DNA of 64,000 nucleotides from Mytilus trossulus (GCF_036588685.1 NC_086373.1:40920001-40984000), one strand, 5' to 3'. Positions 11,300-23,695 are shown, numbered from the stretch's first letter. Program-made: numbers and translations. Notes: generated by a model from the sequence alone, not told the origin.

Positions 11300-14183
11300 G
11301 ATGCAGTATGATAAAAGTGCATAGAGTGACTGTGACACAACAACAAATACCGTCAGCCGAGTTTTGACTCTAAAATCCGGCGATGAAGGATGCCAACAGA
11401 CACAAATGGCAGGAACAGAAACAACAAAGAAAAGACCAAAACGAGAGATGAAAGAGAATAAACAGCTTGTAAAAAGGCAACTTAAAAGTAAGTTGATTTA
11501 TAAGAACGATTGTAAAATATTATCTTGTACATAACGCATTGTAATTTACAAACTTAAATATGACATGTACAAGAAGATGTGGTATGAGTGCCAATGAAAC
11601 AATTAATATGAATTTGGTCGTTTGCGATGCAAATTTTGATGACTAAAACAATCGCTTTCTAATAATTAGCTTTTAAATTCGTTTCGTTAAGCGTTAGTGT
11701 CGTATATAGACAAATAAATTCTGAATATATTGCAAAAATGAATAAAACAAAAGATTTATGTAAAAATAAAATTTCGAGCCCTATTATCTTCTCAAGTAAC
11801 CCATTTTTACTCGTTGCTCAGTATAAAGTCAACAAAAGAAATGGTGCAAATATATTTTGGATTTTGATTCTCTAGATTTACATTTATCAGGCATGCTGGT
11901 TAAAACTATGTATTGAGAGCGTGGACTGTATGAAAACAATCGGGAACCTTTTATTTTGGCTAATGAATGAGTGTCAAATGTTTTGGTTTGAATACGAATT
12001 GGGCCATACATGTAGACAATACAAGTGATTACTTCATTTGTAGTATCTTTAATAATGTTGTAATATTTTTCTATAAAGGATGCCGGTTAGACCACAGTGA
12101 GTGGAGTGAACGCGATCAAGCAGTAAATCGAAATTTTTCGTTGAGCAAAGGCGAACAGGGTTGTAAACAATCACACACTATCACCATAACTTGTGGCAAA
12201 CTTAACAGAATACAGGCATGGAAAGCAAAGAAAGTGGGCTGTAAACAGAAAAGAAAGGAAGAAAATTGCAAATGAAGCAAGAGAGAAAAGAGAAAAGAAA
12301 GATTGAGAAAGAACAAAGACTTAATTCAATTCAGTATTGTTTTTTATTTCGCTATTGTCAATTTAAGATGGTCTACAAATAGTTTTTTAATCGTAAACAT
12401 AATTAAGATTAAAATGAACTAAAAATGGCATATTCGAATTGCCAGGAGCGTACCAGATGAAAAAAAAAGTTCAAGACACTTGATGTTTCATGAGGAGCGC
12501 ATAATTGTTGGTAGAGGGATGCCAGTTTAAGAGAGGGATTTTCTGTCTTTTCGTGTTTTGTTTTTTTTAGCAATAATATACTACATGTATAAGGCCTAAA
12601 TATTGATATTCAAACTTCTTTGAAAAATATGCTAATTCATATTTTTATTACAATTTATTTTAGAATGCAAAAAACAACAAGGGAAACTGGAGTGAATGTG
12701 ATGACACAACAAACACATTAGACCCAGTTATGACATTACGGGACGGAGAAGAAGAAGAATGGGAACCAATCATTATTGTCACCCTTGCATGTACAAAGTT
12801 TGAGCGTATTCAACAGTGGAAAGCAAGAAAAATAGAGCGCAAAAATGAAAAGAAGGAAAATAAAATGTTTATTAGAAAACAGAAAAATGTTTGGAAAGAA
12901 AATAAAATGAAAGTAAAAGAACAACGAAGACGTAAGTTAATAAGTGAACAGACTAAAAAAAAAAAAACATGACAGAATAAAAATTAAAAAATGAGCAACA
13001 TTCAGTTACAATCAACATCCCATTGTCAAAAGCAAAAATGGATTCAAAGAATACAAAATATTTATGGTAATGATTTAAAAAATAGATATGCAATAATCAT
13101 GATAATAGTTTCTAGGATTATGATTTAATACGCCAGCCACGCGTTTCGTCTACATAAGACTTATCAGTGACACTCAGATCAAAAAAGTATAAAGCCAACC
13201 AAATACAAAGTTGAAGAGCTCTGAGGACCCTAAATTCCAAAAAGTTGTGCCAAATACATATAAGGTAATCTATGCCTGTGTTAAGAAAATCCGTAGCTTT
13301 CGAAAAACTCTCATGTTTTGTAAACAGGAAATTTATATGAATGACCATATAATTGATATTCATGTCAACACCGCAGTGTTAACTACAGGGATGGTGAAAC
13401 CCTCGGGGACGAAACTTCCACCATCAGTTGTATCTACCCAGTGGTGTAATTAGTTATCAAAGGTACCAGAATTATAATGTACTACGCCGGACGCGCGTTT
13501 CGTCAACATCAAATTTTCAGTGACGCTCAGATCAAAATAGTTATAAAGCCAAACAAGTACAAAGTTGAAGAGCATTGAGGCAATGCGATTAACAAACAAG
13601 ATACGTCGACATACCAACACAAAATCTTCAACAATAGAAAGCTCTTACTGATCACCGCATAGTTAAAAAATTATGTTTAAGACATGTCTGGTTTTTCGTC
13701 CAATTAAATATAATATTTTTAATTACATAAAAGTATTACGAACTGAACGAACCTTTATAGATGACAGATATCAAGTTTTATTGATTTCCATTCATAAAAA
13801 AATATATTTTAGATACCGAATTTTTAGAAAGTTCAGAATATATCTTAATTAGCATCACTTTCTCTTAATTTTTGGTTGCCGTTGAATGCATGGAGGAATA
13901 CCTTATATCTAAAGACGGGAATTAAACAATCCCCTTTGTATGTTTTTTTATTATACTTGATGAATATAAAAGTATATTTATTACATATATGTTTTCAGTC
14001 GGATGCAGTTTTGATGTTACCTTTAGTGAATGTGATCCTACAAGTAACATGGTTACAAAATCGTACATACCAACAACAGATGATGATGATTCATGTGAAA
14101 ACAGGTCATTTGAATATTATATAAAGATTAATGGAAAAGAAGAGAAAATGTCAAGAGAAAAGAGCCAACAGAAAAATAAATAG
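11300..14183 (+). pseudogene. Decayed multi-exon gene with four pleiotrophin/midkine (miple)-like domains and Lys/Arg/Glu-rich linkers; exons 11300-11487, 12079-12333, 12664-12931, 13999-14183
   Basis: Each exon starts after AG in phase 1 and encodes C-x-(Y/L/F)-..WSECD..T..R..TL..G...C (YDKSA*SDCDTTTNTVSRVLTLKSGDEGC; CRLDHSEWSERD; NKGNWSECDDTTNT; CSFDVTFSECDPTSNMVTK). Lesions: TAG 11322-11324, in-frame TGA 12273-12275, frameshifts near 11306 and 12670. Confidence 0.7.
13125..13580 (-). mobile_element. Non-LTR retrozyme-like repeat: 354-bp unit bounded by two minimal type I hammerhead motifs
   Basis: GCGTTTCGTC at 13141 and 13495, each followed by TCAGTGAC(A/G)CTCAGATCAAAA..AAAGCCAA..AAAGTTGAAGAGC. 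The minus strand reads CUGAU(A)A-GUCU/AGAC-GAAA-CGC..GCG-UA. Confidence 0.75.
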
Positions 14184-16076
14184 GACGACATTTAGACAGC
14201 AGAGGCTTCTGATCTGAACTAAAGACTTTTGAATAATGATCAAGAATAATTCCACTTTTCATCCTGTACAATGTATTAAGACTGAAAAAAAAGTTAGTTC
14301 AACCCTGCGTCAAATTGTTTTCTATACATATGAAAGTGACAGAGAACATGTGAGTAGGTAGTTTGGTGGTTTACTTATTTCAATTGTGAAAATAGGCTGA
14401 TATTTAAATCTAAAAAAAATCCAATCTAAATATAATACATGAATATCTATATGTATAAACATTCCAAAAATATATTAGAATTGTGGTTCTAATCTTTGTC
14501 AGCATTAATTGATATACTTTTTTTCAAATCTTTAGAAACTAAAGAAGACAGTCATTTTGCGTTCCTTTTTTTTTAAACCAAACTTCTTTTAATAAATATT
14601 GTACAAGTCTTCTTTGACTGTTATTTTTCTATCGCAGTTGTTGGAATCATACGCAATACTTTTGTTGCTGAAGTCTTGTATTAGAAGTTGATGATGTGAT
14701 TTCCGGATCTTGTTTTATTGTAGGCTGTTTTTGTTTCATCGACCATCGAAATATACATAAGTCCTTTCTACCCTGATCTCGCACACAATTCGAAATAAGA
14801 TACAATTTTAATGAATCAATTATTGCATGATATAATTGAAAACAATGAGTGCCCACCAGATCTTCTAGATTATATACTTATATAACAGCTGCTACAAATA
14901 TTATAAAATCAATAAATAAGAAATTAAAAAAAAATGTATTATTTATCATAACTTTCATATTCTTCTCACAGATTTTATTGTAAAAGATACCAATAGATAT
15001 TTTCTACTTTTGTAACTTAAAAGGTTTAATATAAGTTAAAAGACCAAAACAAAATACCTCATGGACCACTAACACAAATTTGGATCATATATCAACTGGT
15101 ATTACACAACATATTTTCACGGTCTATGATGTTTCGGTTTTGTTTTGTTTCCTTGTATTGTTTCTTCTAAACCGCTTTATGAGATTTAAACATTTAAACT
15201 ACTGCTGATAAATACAGATACTATTATGATAGACTGGTCTGTTAAGTTACAACTTCCTGATAATCACTATACACTGAATATGGATTGGCATACCGGGTGA
15301 TACATGCAGGCCCGGAAACACTTGCTCACCCGGTTTTAGTTCATGCGGTTCCCTCATTTTTTTTGTGTTTACCTTCATTTGTATCGTTTTGTTTGGTTTA
15401 TAAGATTTGAACACCGGTTAACAATTGTGGCCTCTAACTGATCTCTAAGCCTCAACATCATTGATGTTAAGAGCTTTCCTTCTTTCCAAAAGATCTTACC
15501 TAAGTCGCTTCCTAGAGGCAAGATTTGTTTTATTTAACTAATAGACATAGAGAAAAAAATCCATGATGAAGCGATTTCCTGGATCTACCTTCAACGCCCA
15601 AAACCGAATATAGTATGAAAAGCCAGAGATGTATAAGAAACAAAACATTTGAAGAGCTATATGACCAGAATGGTCATAAACAATAGCCAAATCCCTCTAA
15701 AGCTTAATGAGGGAGTTGAAACCTTTATAATTTCTTAATCTATTAACGGACAATTTAAGAAAGATTTGCTTTAATTCATGTCAGTGACAAAGTACTGACT
15801 TCCTAGCGGATGATACTCTCGGAACTTATAGTCTACCAGCAGCGTTAGAGGCATTCCAAATATTGTGTCTGTATCAGCAGATCAAAGACTATTCTTCTAC
15901 AATTTTTTTCATTAGACATGTAAAGTAAGTTCACAGTGAATAGATTAATCGGTCAATCAGAAATTTAATTCAAACAAAACTCTTTCTGCGAAACATCACA
16001 CATCAATGTCTAACATTTTTGGTTTACTTGTTATAGCGATTAACAATAATGTACCTAATTTTTAATCGGTTTTTAA

Positions 16077-16747
16077 CGGGCATTAGGTACGCGAAATCGA
16101 AAAGAAATTGAAAAACTATATATTTTTTTCAATCGTAAATGAAGGTATAATAGTGAAATAATTTATCGCTTTTAACGATCAGTTTGTTTCAATTTTGTCA
16201 AAATAAGCTTAGTAACATTAACATCGATGATGAATTATTCACTTGCAAGTGAATAATTCGACCTCATTGAATCCAGATTCATGTGACCTTCATCTAACCC
16301 CTTAGCTAGAACTGAATTACGTATTAATTAGGCGTGTTCAGTTATTAAAAGGAAAATAATGTCAACATTCAAAGTGAAACAAGGGTAAACCATTTGATTG
16401 ACTGATTCGATCCACAAAAACTCATTTTTATACAGGTAAAAACAATGATAAATATATGTTTAGACCAAAAATCCTATTGCACGAGTTCACTATCTATTCA
16501 TATCTACATTTATGTTTAATCGGGTTATATGACCGTCGGTGGTCTTCGTAGGTCATCGCGTTAGTTAATAAGATAGCGTCTAGACTAAAATATACAAGAA
16601 ATTCCGATGCATATTATCGAGCCTATGCATTTTAAAATGTTAATTCTAGACTTGTCATAATTTGGATATACGTTTTAGTATGTTACAAAATCACATATGA
16701 GAATCGAAGTCAAATCGATGAAAATGAATTTGACAGATTATGCCCTT
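16077..16747. mobile_element. Degenerate Kolobok-like MITE
   Basis: TTAA at 16073-16076 and 16748-16751; short imperfect TIR GGGCATTAG / TTATGCCC. Confidence 0.4.
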
Positions 16748-18207
16748 TTAATGTAAAACTAAGTTCTACATGAGATGGCATAGTGGTTGTTGATTGACAG
16801 AGGCCGATCATTGTGATATTTTATGCATTCCAAATTTTTTTCTACCACGGTCGATTTGTGTTCCATAAAGGTTTTAGTTAACATGTTTAAATGCGTATAC
16901 AGTAAAAGCGCATAGGAAAAGAACAAATGTAATCAGTCAATATAATTTGACCGAGAGTAATAAACATTGATAATCATTGCCATATATAAAGAAAACAACA
17001 GTTTAATGAAAAGTCATTCATGTTATAACATTAAATAACAACCACTGGACAAAGACAAATGCAAAGGGAAAACGTATAGCAAAAACAATCGAACTTTAAG
17101 GCAAATTTTAAAAGGGAAGGTCTATAAAAACTGGCAAAGCAAATAGAAATGTGTTTTTATTGCTATTATTCATCCATAAATCATGGAGGTTTTGTACATA
17201 GAACAAAAGGCGACATATCGACGCAAGTAAAACACGGTCCATTGCACCGTTCATGTAATTATATCTATTATATATAATTTTCTAGTGTTTCGGGGTTTTG
17301 TGGAATTTTGTATGCAAAAAATCCATTGAATTGCATCTCAATATAAAAAAAATCCTTTATGATGAAATATTATCATTAGATGCAATAACAAAAACACGGT
17401 ATGATGTAAAATTATAAGAATGCTTTTACAAGTATTTTCAAAGATCTTTTGCAAACATTTTAATTGATTGTATAACTGAAAATGTATCAATGTCTCAAAT
17501 ACCATTCCCCTTTTCCCAGTTCTTAGATACTTCCTGTTTTCCTTAACTCATTATTGTGATATTGTATAACAAATCAAATCGAATTGCACCTCTTGACTCC
17601 AAACGGATGATAAGAGTTATTTTTAATCGGCAAAAGGTCAACACCTCTATATATATTTCCGCATTTATCATTTGAAAACATTATTTCTTAACATTAGTAA
17701 AAGAATATAAATATGATAATGCCATTTAAACTCTGGGTAAACTTGTTTGCACCTGATCAGCACCTTTTATGAGGCTAATGAGAAGGGAACTCTGTTGATA
17801 AACCGGATTCGTTGAGGTCATATATAAAGCAAAGAAAATGTGTATCGTAGGACTGCGTCAGGTTTTGATAAACGTTTTTATATTGGTTATTGAATATAGC
17901 AATACTATTTGCCAACACTGAAAAGCTTCACATATGCTTAAATGAAACAAATACATTTTTTTTTAAATTGTGTGAATTAGAAAATAAATCTGAATATTGT
18001 CATACTTCATTTTATGATAGTTTTAACTTCCTTGAGGCAACAGTTGTACCATTTTACCTAAATATAGCGTTGTTTTCATCACTATGAAGTGAAACAGGAA
18101 ACTTTTGAATTTTTGATAATTTATATATTGTATCATCATCCAGTTGAGTATCGTATTCAGTGCTGGATTAAACTTGTGCACATTAAAGTAGACTTTTTGG
18201 GGAGAAC

Positions 18208-20712
18208 ATGGTGGCTTTTACTTTTTATATGACAACATATTTTGTTGCATATGTTTCTTGCCATCCATGTTTGATTCAAGACAACAGAGGAGATTGTTCT
18301 TCACGAGGGCTTATAAAAGTTCCACAGGATTTACCTCGGAATCTTACTACACTTGACTTAAAACGAAATTTAATAGGTACATTATCACATGGCGATTTTC
18401 AATTTTATGGAAGATTGATGATATTGATTCTAGATAAGAACAAGATTTCCGTTCTGCAATCAGATTCTTTTAAAGGACTAAAACATTTGAAACATTTGTC
18501 AATGGCTGACAATTTGCTCGATCTTAATACATCATATGTCTCTGAAATATTCGGACCTCTGAAATCACTAGATAGGCTTTACATTTCAAGAAATATGCAA
18601 GTAGGAACAGATTTGCCAGTTTATTATCCCTTTTTCGGATATTGTCGTAAACTTACAATTCTAGAAATGGATCTTGTTCGAAAGCCAGTGTGGAATACAT
18701 GTGGACTATCAAAACTGAAACAGTTACGAACTCTATCTTTTAACTTCTGCTTATTAGATAAAATGACAAATAGGACCTTCGCTTTTATGCCACCATCAAT
18801 AGAAAATGTGTACTTCGCTGGCTGTAAAGTTCGTGAGTTGGCTGAACTTAACTTTCTTAAACCTTTTCATTCGTTGAAGATTCTTCGCCTATTCCATGTT
18901 TGCATAGACATTGAGTCAGCACTGAAGATCGTATATCCTTTTATTAAAATGGAAGAGTTAAACTTTACAGAAGTCAATCCTGGCTATTGTGACGGACTTA
19001 TTAGAGCTCCTTATGCAGTTATAATAACTCCTGAAATGACAAAATACTTGCGAAAAGTATGTTTAAGAAAATTAATTTTGATAAGAAATGGTATTGTAGA
19101 TTTCAAGCCAAATTCTTTACTTTCTTACAATCATCCTGAATGTTTTGTTACAATCATTTTTTCTGGAGACCGATTTTCAATGACAAATGGATTTAAAACA
19201 GTGGAACTGACAAAGTTCATACTGCAGTTATCAAGTCTTATAACTTTCAATTATTCCGGGATTCTCAGTATTTCAACTGACGAAATGAATTCAGGTTTAA
19301 CGGACGCTACGGAAAATGCAGAAAATCTTAATCATTTGGTCGCAAATGATAGGAAATCGGATGTTCAGATTACGTTCCCGTTCCCTCAATCACTGCAAGT
19401 ACTTGTTTTGTCGAAATTTGCTGGAGTTCAAGGAACTACTCCACACACAATATACTTATCAAATATAAGCTATTTGCGAGTTCTAGATTTATCCTATTTC
19501 AAGATGAAGTATTTTCCAAATATTGTGTTCAATGGAACAAACTACTTGGAATATGTTGATCTTTCAGGTATCGACTCAACTCTGTATTCAGGAAGGAAGA
19601 ATATTCCATTGTTTAAGGAATCAAAGACTTTGATATTAAAACATTCAAGGCTTGATTTGACACTTAGCAGAAGTAAGAAAATATTTAGTCTTGTGCCAAC
19701 AGTAAAAAGATTGGATATATCATATAATCACTTATGGTTTCTGCCAATTGACGCATTCAACTCGAACAAACACTTACGAAATCTTGATATGGGATTCAAC
19801 TTATTTTCTGAAGTACCAATAGCGTTGCACACATTGCCAAACCTTGAAGTTCTTATTCTAAAACATAATAATCTTCAAACCATCAATAAGACCTTTCAGC
19901 AATTTTTCGATGTGAGAAATGAGCGAATTGGGGCTTCATTTCAACTGAAACTTTCTGGAAATGTTTTTAGATGTAGTTGTGAGAATTCTGACTTCGTGTT
20001 ATGGATTTCCAAAACAAGGATAAAACTTGATAAACCTGCGAGAAACTATACGTGTCAGTTAGAAAATGGAACATATACTAATACAAAAACAGCGGCAGAA
20101 AATTTCCATGAATTGTATGGTCATTGTGCAAATGAAATGTGGCTCCGAGTAGGTATATGTTTACTTGTGATATTCATTACATTTACAATTCCTATTGCAG
20201 TCATAGTTAATTTCAGGTGGCGAATAGCATATTGGGTATATCGGGTTTTTAAAAGAGTTGTTGAGAATGATTTAAGGTCTAAATTCAAATACGATATTTA
20301 CTTGTCATATTCAGATGATTGCTTCGATTGGGTTAAAGAAATGTTAATACCGAAAATTGAAAACACATGGAATATGAAAATGTGTATAGAGGATCGGGAT
20401 ATTTTGGCTGGAATTATCCGATCTGATGCCATTTCACAGTCTATTCATGAAAGTAGAAATATAGTATTTGTCATTTCCAAATCATTCACCGAAAAAACAT
20501 GGGGAAAGTTTGAGATTCAAAGAGCCAAGTATGAAAAGTACACTGGACATTTGCAGCGTATTATTGTCATTACAAGAAACGTCCAAGTAGAAAACTTCCC
20601 AATCGAACTCGATTGTATTCTCGATGATGTCTTTCTTGTGAATTGGTCAGACCAGGAAATTGAAAATGGATGGGACAAGTTGAGAATGGCGTTGTTTTCC
20701 GACTATAGTTAA
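18208..20712 (+). CDS. TLR: Toll-like receptor, single-cysteine-cluster type, intronless CDS
   Basis: 834 aa: signal peptide, LRRNT (CHPC..DCSSRGLIKVPQDL), many LxxLxLxxN repeats, one LRRCT (NVFRCSCENSDFVLW..YTC..C), TM helix (VGICLLVIFITFTIPIAVIV), TIR domain (YDIYLSYS, EDRDILAG, SRNIVFVISKSF..WGKFE, WDKLRMAL). Confidence 0.97.
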   Translation: MVAFTFYMTTYFVAYVSCHPCLIQDNRGDCSSRGLIKVPQDLPRNLTTLDLKRNLIGTLSHGDFQFYGRLMILILDKNKISVLQSDSFKGLKHLKHLSMADNLLDLNTSYVSEIFGPLKSLDRLYISRNMQVGTDLPVYYPFFGYCRKLTILEMDLVRKPVWNTCGLSKLKQLRTLSFNFCLLDKMTNRTFAFMPPSIENVYFAGCKVRELAELNFLKPFHSLKILRLFHVCIDIESALKIVYPFIKMEELNFTEVNPGYCDGLIRAPYAVIITPEMTKYLRKVCLRKLILIRNGIVDFKPNSLLSYNHPECFVTIIFSGDRFSMTNGFKTVELTKFILQLSSLITFNYSGILSISTDEMNSGLTDATENAENLNHLVANDRKSDVQITFPFPQSLQVLVLSKFAGVQGTTPHTIYLSNISYLRVLDLSYFKMKYFPNIVFNGTNYLEYVDLSGIDSTLYSGRKNIPLFKESKTLILKHSRLDLTLSRSKKIFSLVPTVKRLDISYNHLWFLPIDAFNSNKHLRNLDMGFNLFSEVPIALHTLPNLEVLILKHNNLQTINKTFQQFFDVRNERIGASFQLKLSGNVFRCSCENSDFVLWISKTRIKLDKPARNYTCQLENGTYTNTKTAAENFHELYGHCANEMWLRVGICLLVIFITFTIPIAVIVNFRWRIAYWVYRVFKRVVENDLRSKFKYDIYLSYSDDCFDWVKEMLIPKIENTWNMKMCIEDRDILAGIIRSDAISQSIHESRNIVFVISKSFTEKTWGKFEIQRAKYEKYTGHLQRIIVITRNVQVENFPIELDCILDDVFLVNWSDQEIENGWDKLRMALFSDYS

Positions 20713-22375
20713 CTTCAACAGTTTTACTGCAGATATAAAACAGGTTAATCTATCTGTAGTTTTATAAGACTGATGCCTTGCAGTACAGCTGATTTAAAAA
20801 GGACTGCAAAAAGGATCGAAATGCATTTTGGTTTATAAAAAGAACTAATTGAGCTGTTCAATGAAGCTTTGGATTAACAATACCTTCGAACAATGATTAT
20901 CAATTGGGTTTTTTTCACGTTTTAAACAATCGTGCAATTTCCCCTTCCCGTTAAAATAAATATAAATGCAGTCGTCGAGTTAGCTTATATTAATTGAAAA
21001 TAGGCATACGTAGCAATCAAAATGATCGGGAATCTAAATATTGTACAAGATAATATTTGTATATAAACATTTGAAAAATGTATTCTAATTTGATTTTTAC
21101 ATAGAAGAAAATATAAAAGCAAACTATTTAGTTACCAATACAACACTGCCATAAGATCTTTGGATAGTGCTTTCAATTTTTTTTTTTTTATCAATATTGA
21201 TTTCGATATCAGTTAAATACAACCATATAACAAATAATGGTATACAAATACGTGCATGCATATTCACGGTACTACATTGTACAATCTGACGATACCTATA
21301 GATTAGCTTTGATTAAGGTCATGTTTTTCTCTGAGTTTTAATGACGTTTTTACATTTAATCTATTTGAGGTTGGACTTCTACTGATTGATACATGGTCTT
21401 AAATACATGATTGTTTATGTTCTTTGTGTTTATTTTCTTTTATTAGGATTTATACCTGTAACGTCGTGTCAGTTTTTGTTAGATGTCTTGTTTCGATCTG
21501 ATGAGGTACTGTTTATTTTAGTTTGTTCTTATGTGTTTACTGTTACTACACAACTTCAGATTAGGAGAGGGGTGACGCCTGTCCCAAGACAAGGAAACTG
21601 CAGTTAAGGGATTGTCATTGGTTTTATGTCATGTTATATTTTGTTACCTTAAATTATGTTTTTTTATGAATTAGTTTCGTTTTAGAACCTATATGAGAGT
21701 ACCAGGAAAATTGTTATGTCAATGTGCATATTGAAAACACCGTTTAACGCGACATTTTTTATGCACTTACATGGATATTGACACAGGCAAATTAACCAAA
21801 TTAAATAACACAAGATTGGTTTGACTTTTCCCGTGATGAAAATGTATAGATAGGAGATATCTTCCAGATGGATCGTAATGTTTTATGCAGATTTTGTTGT
21901 ACTGATCCCAATACTATATAGATTTCTGGCGATATCACGGGACATTGATGTGTCAAATAAAATTCAACACTGTAAAACGGCTGTTATCGGACCTAATGTA
22001 TAGTAGCTTCAACCTAATAGGTTCATAAATGAAATTGAATAGGAGTCGAGTTAACAGGATATCTAAATTTAGTACATATTTCCTTTTATTTGATACATTA
22101 CCGTGATGCAAAAATATGAAAGTTCATTAAATATGTATTATTTTGATAAGGTAATCACACTTTGTAATTTTATACACAGGGAAACACAATCTGGTATTTG
22201 AACATTGATTATTTATTTCCGGTTAATTTTGTAGACAGTACAAAAGTTCATATTGTTAATTCAAAATGATTTATATTTACTGATTTTGCTTTGCAATATA
22301 ACTATTCTTGCACTGAACATATACTTAAAAAAATAATAAACCCATCAAAGATACAAGTATTGCCATTTTGTAGTT

Positions 22376-22415
22376 GCACCAGACGCGCGTTTCGTCTACA
22401 AAAGACTCATCAGTA
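22376..22415 (-). ncRNA. Isolated minimal hammerhead ribozyme motif (cleavage triplet mutated)
   Basis: Minus strand CUGAUGA-GUCU(UUUGU)AGAC-GAAA-CGCGCGUCUGGUGCA. Core is intact, but GUA is replaced by GCA. Confidence 0.55.
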
Positions 22416-23469
22416 TTAACCATATTCTTTATGTTGAACTTTTTTTCATGGTCACCGAAATCAAAGTTAGCATATTTATTTTTGTACACACTCAAATAAA
22501 GATGTTGTATGTAAGACCTTGCAGTTTCTATATTTGTCAGTTAAAAAGCGATGATGGATCCCTGAACACATTTTCAATTAATTAAATACATATCGTTTTA
22601 GTCTATATCCTTATTTGGACCATTCATTAAGAGTTTTAAGTTAATTGACGTATACACTTGTGTTTCTTCTTTATTTTTGATACTCAAGATACACGGGTTT
22701 GAAAGATGAATGGATAAACACTTAATGATTAGATGATTTAAATTATCCCATCGACAACTTTGTTTATTTTTTGGCGATTTCGAAGTTGACATATATTCTT
22801 TTCATGACAATATTACGTGGCATATGTTCTTGCATCTCAACAGGTTGAAAACTTTGAAAATGTTCTCAGTTAATTTCAGTATTTTTACAATCCTACACAC
22901 AGTGTCTGAGCTGAGCAAAATATGTTGGGAAATTTTTTTTGGGGTCAAAAGTGGGACAATGGATCACAAATATATTGTAATTTGTTTTGTTGTTTTATTA
23001 TAAAAAGCGTCATATTCAAGTATTATTTCCGTTTAAGAACACGAAATCGTCTTTAAACGTTTTTTTTTTAACTCAGGGTCGTAACTACATTGAGGCAAAT
23101 GAGGCAAATGCCTGATGTTGGAAATTTAAAAAAAAAACGGAGAGTGTCTTGCAAGAAATTCTCTTAACTCTCTGATGTCGCCCTGCATGTTTTTCGTGGT
23201 CCATATTTCTATTTCAGAGTTGATGGTACTTCTGTGTCCCGGGTTTGTATTTTGTTCATGTATTGTTCTACTTTATGACTATAGTCTGAGTGTTGATTTT
23301 CATTTGTAAACGTGTGGTTTTGCAATGGTGCATGTCCACCGATGTCCAGACATTGCGCGAGAAAATATTTTAAGAATATACGATGCTACTGGACACAGAA
23401 AAAATGGTCGTTTCTGCATTGAGAAATGAACTTGATACCAAAAGAATACAAAACTGGTTGTTTTTTGTA

Positions 23470-23695
23470 TATGAATTTGATGCGACTGTCATACAAGTGA
23501 AAGGTAAACCTAGCTTTAAAAAAATGTTTAATCAAGTATTTTCTACATAAGAAAATGCCTGTACCAAGTCAGGGATATGACAGTTGTTATCAATTAGTTT
23601 GATGTGTTTGAGCTTTTGATTTTGCAATTAAATTACTAGGGACTTTCCTTTTTGAATATTCCTCTGAGTTCAGTATTTTTGTGATTTTACTTTGT
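23470..23695 (+). repeat. Dispersed repeat carrying a degenerate twister-like motif (23485-23584)
   Basis: Stems ACTGTCATA/TATGACAGT, ATTTTCT/AGAAAAT and CCTG/CAGG around loop TACCAAGT. Confidence 0.55.

Noticed and set aside
12273-12275. In-frame TGA as selenocysteine
   Set aside because: It lies in a basic linker where an Arg codon is expected, the gene has other lesions, and no SECIS was seen.
13382-13445. Possible second, plus-strand hammerhead in the retrozyme body (ATGGTGA..GGGGAC-GAAAC)
   Set aside because: The core lacks C3 and A6, and GATGGTG pairs instead with CACCATC. It looks structured, but no ribozyme class can be supported.
17821-18160. TATA box and 5' UTR intron for the TLR
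   Set aside because: TATATAAA, a GT at ~17863 and an AG at 18159-18160 are plausible but cannot be told from chance without transcript data.
21498-21510. CTGATGAG as a hammerhead core
   Set aside because: No stem II or GAAA follows.
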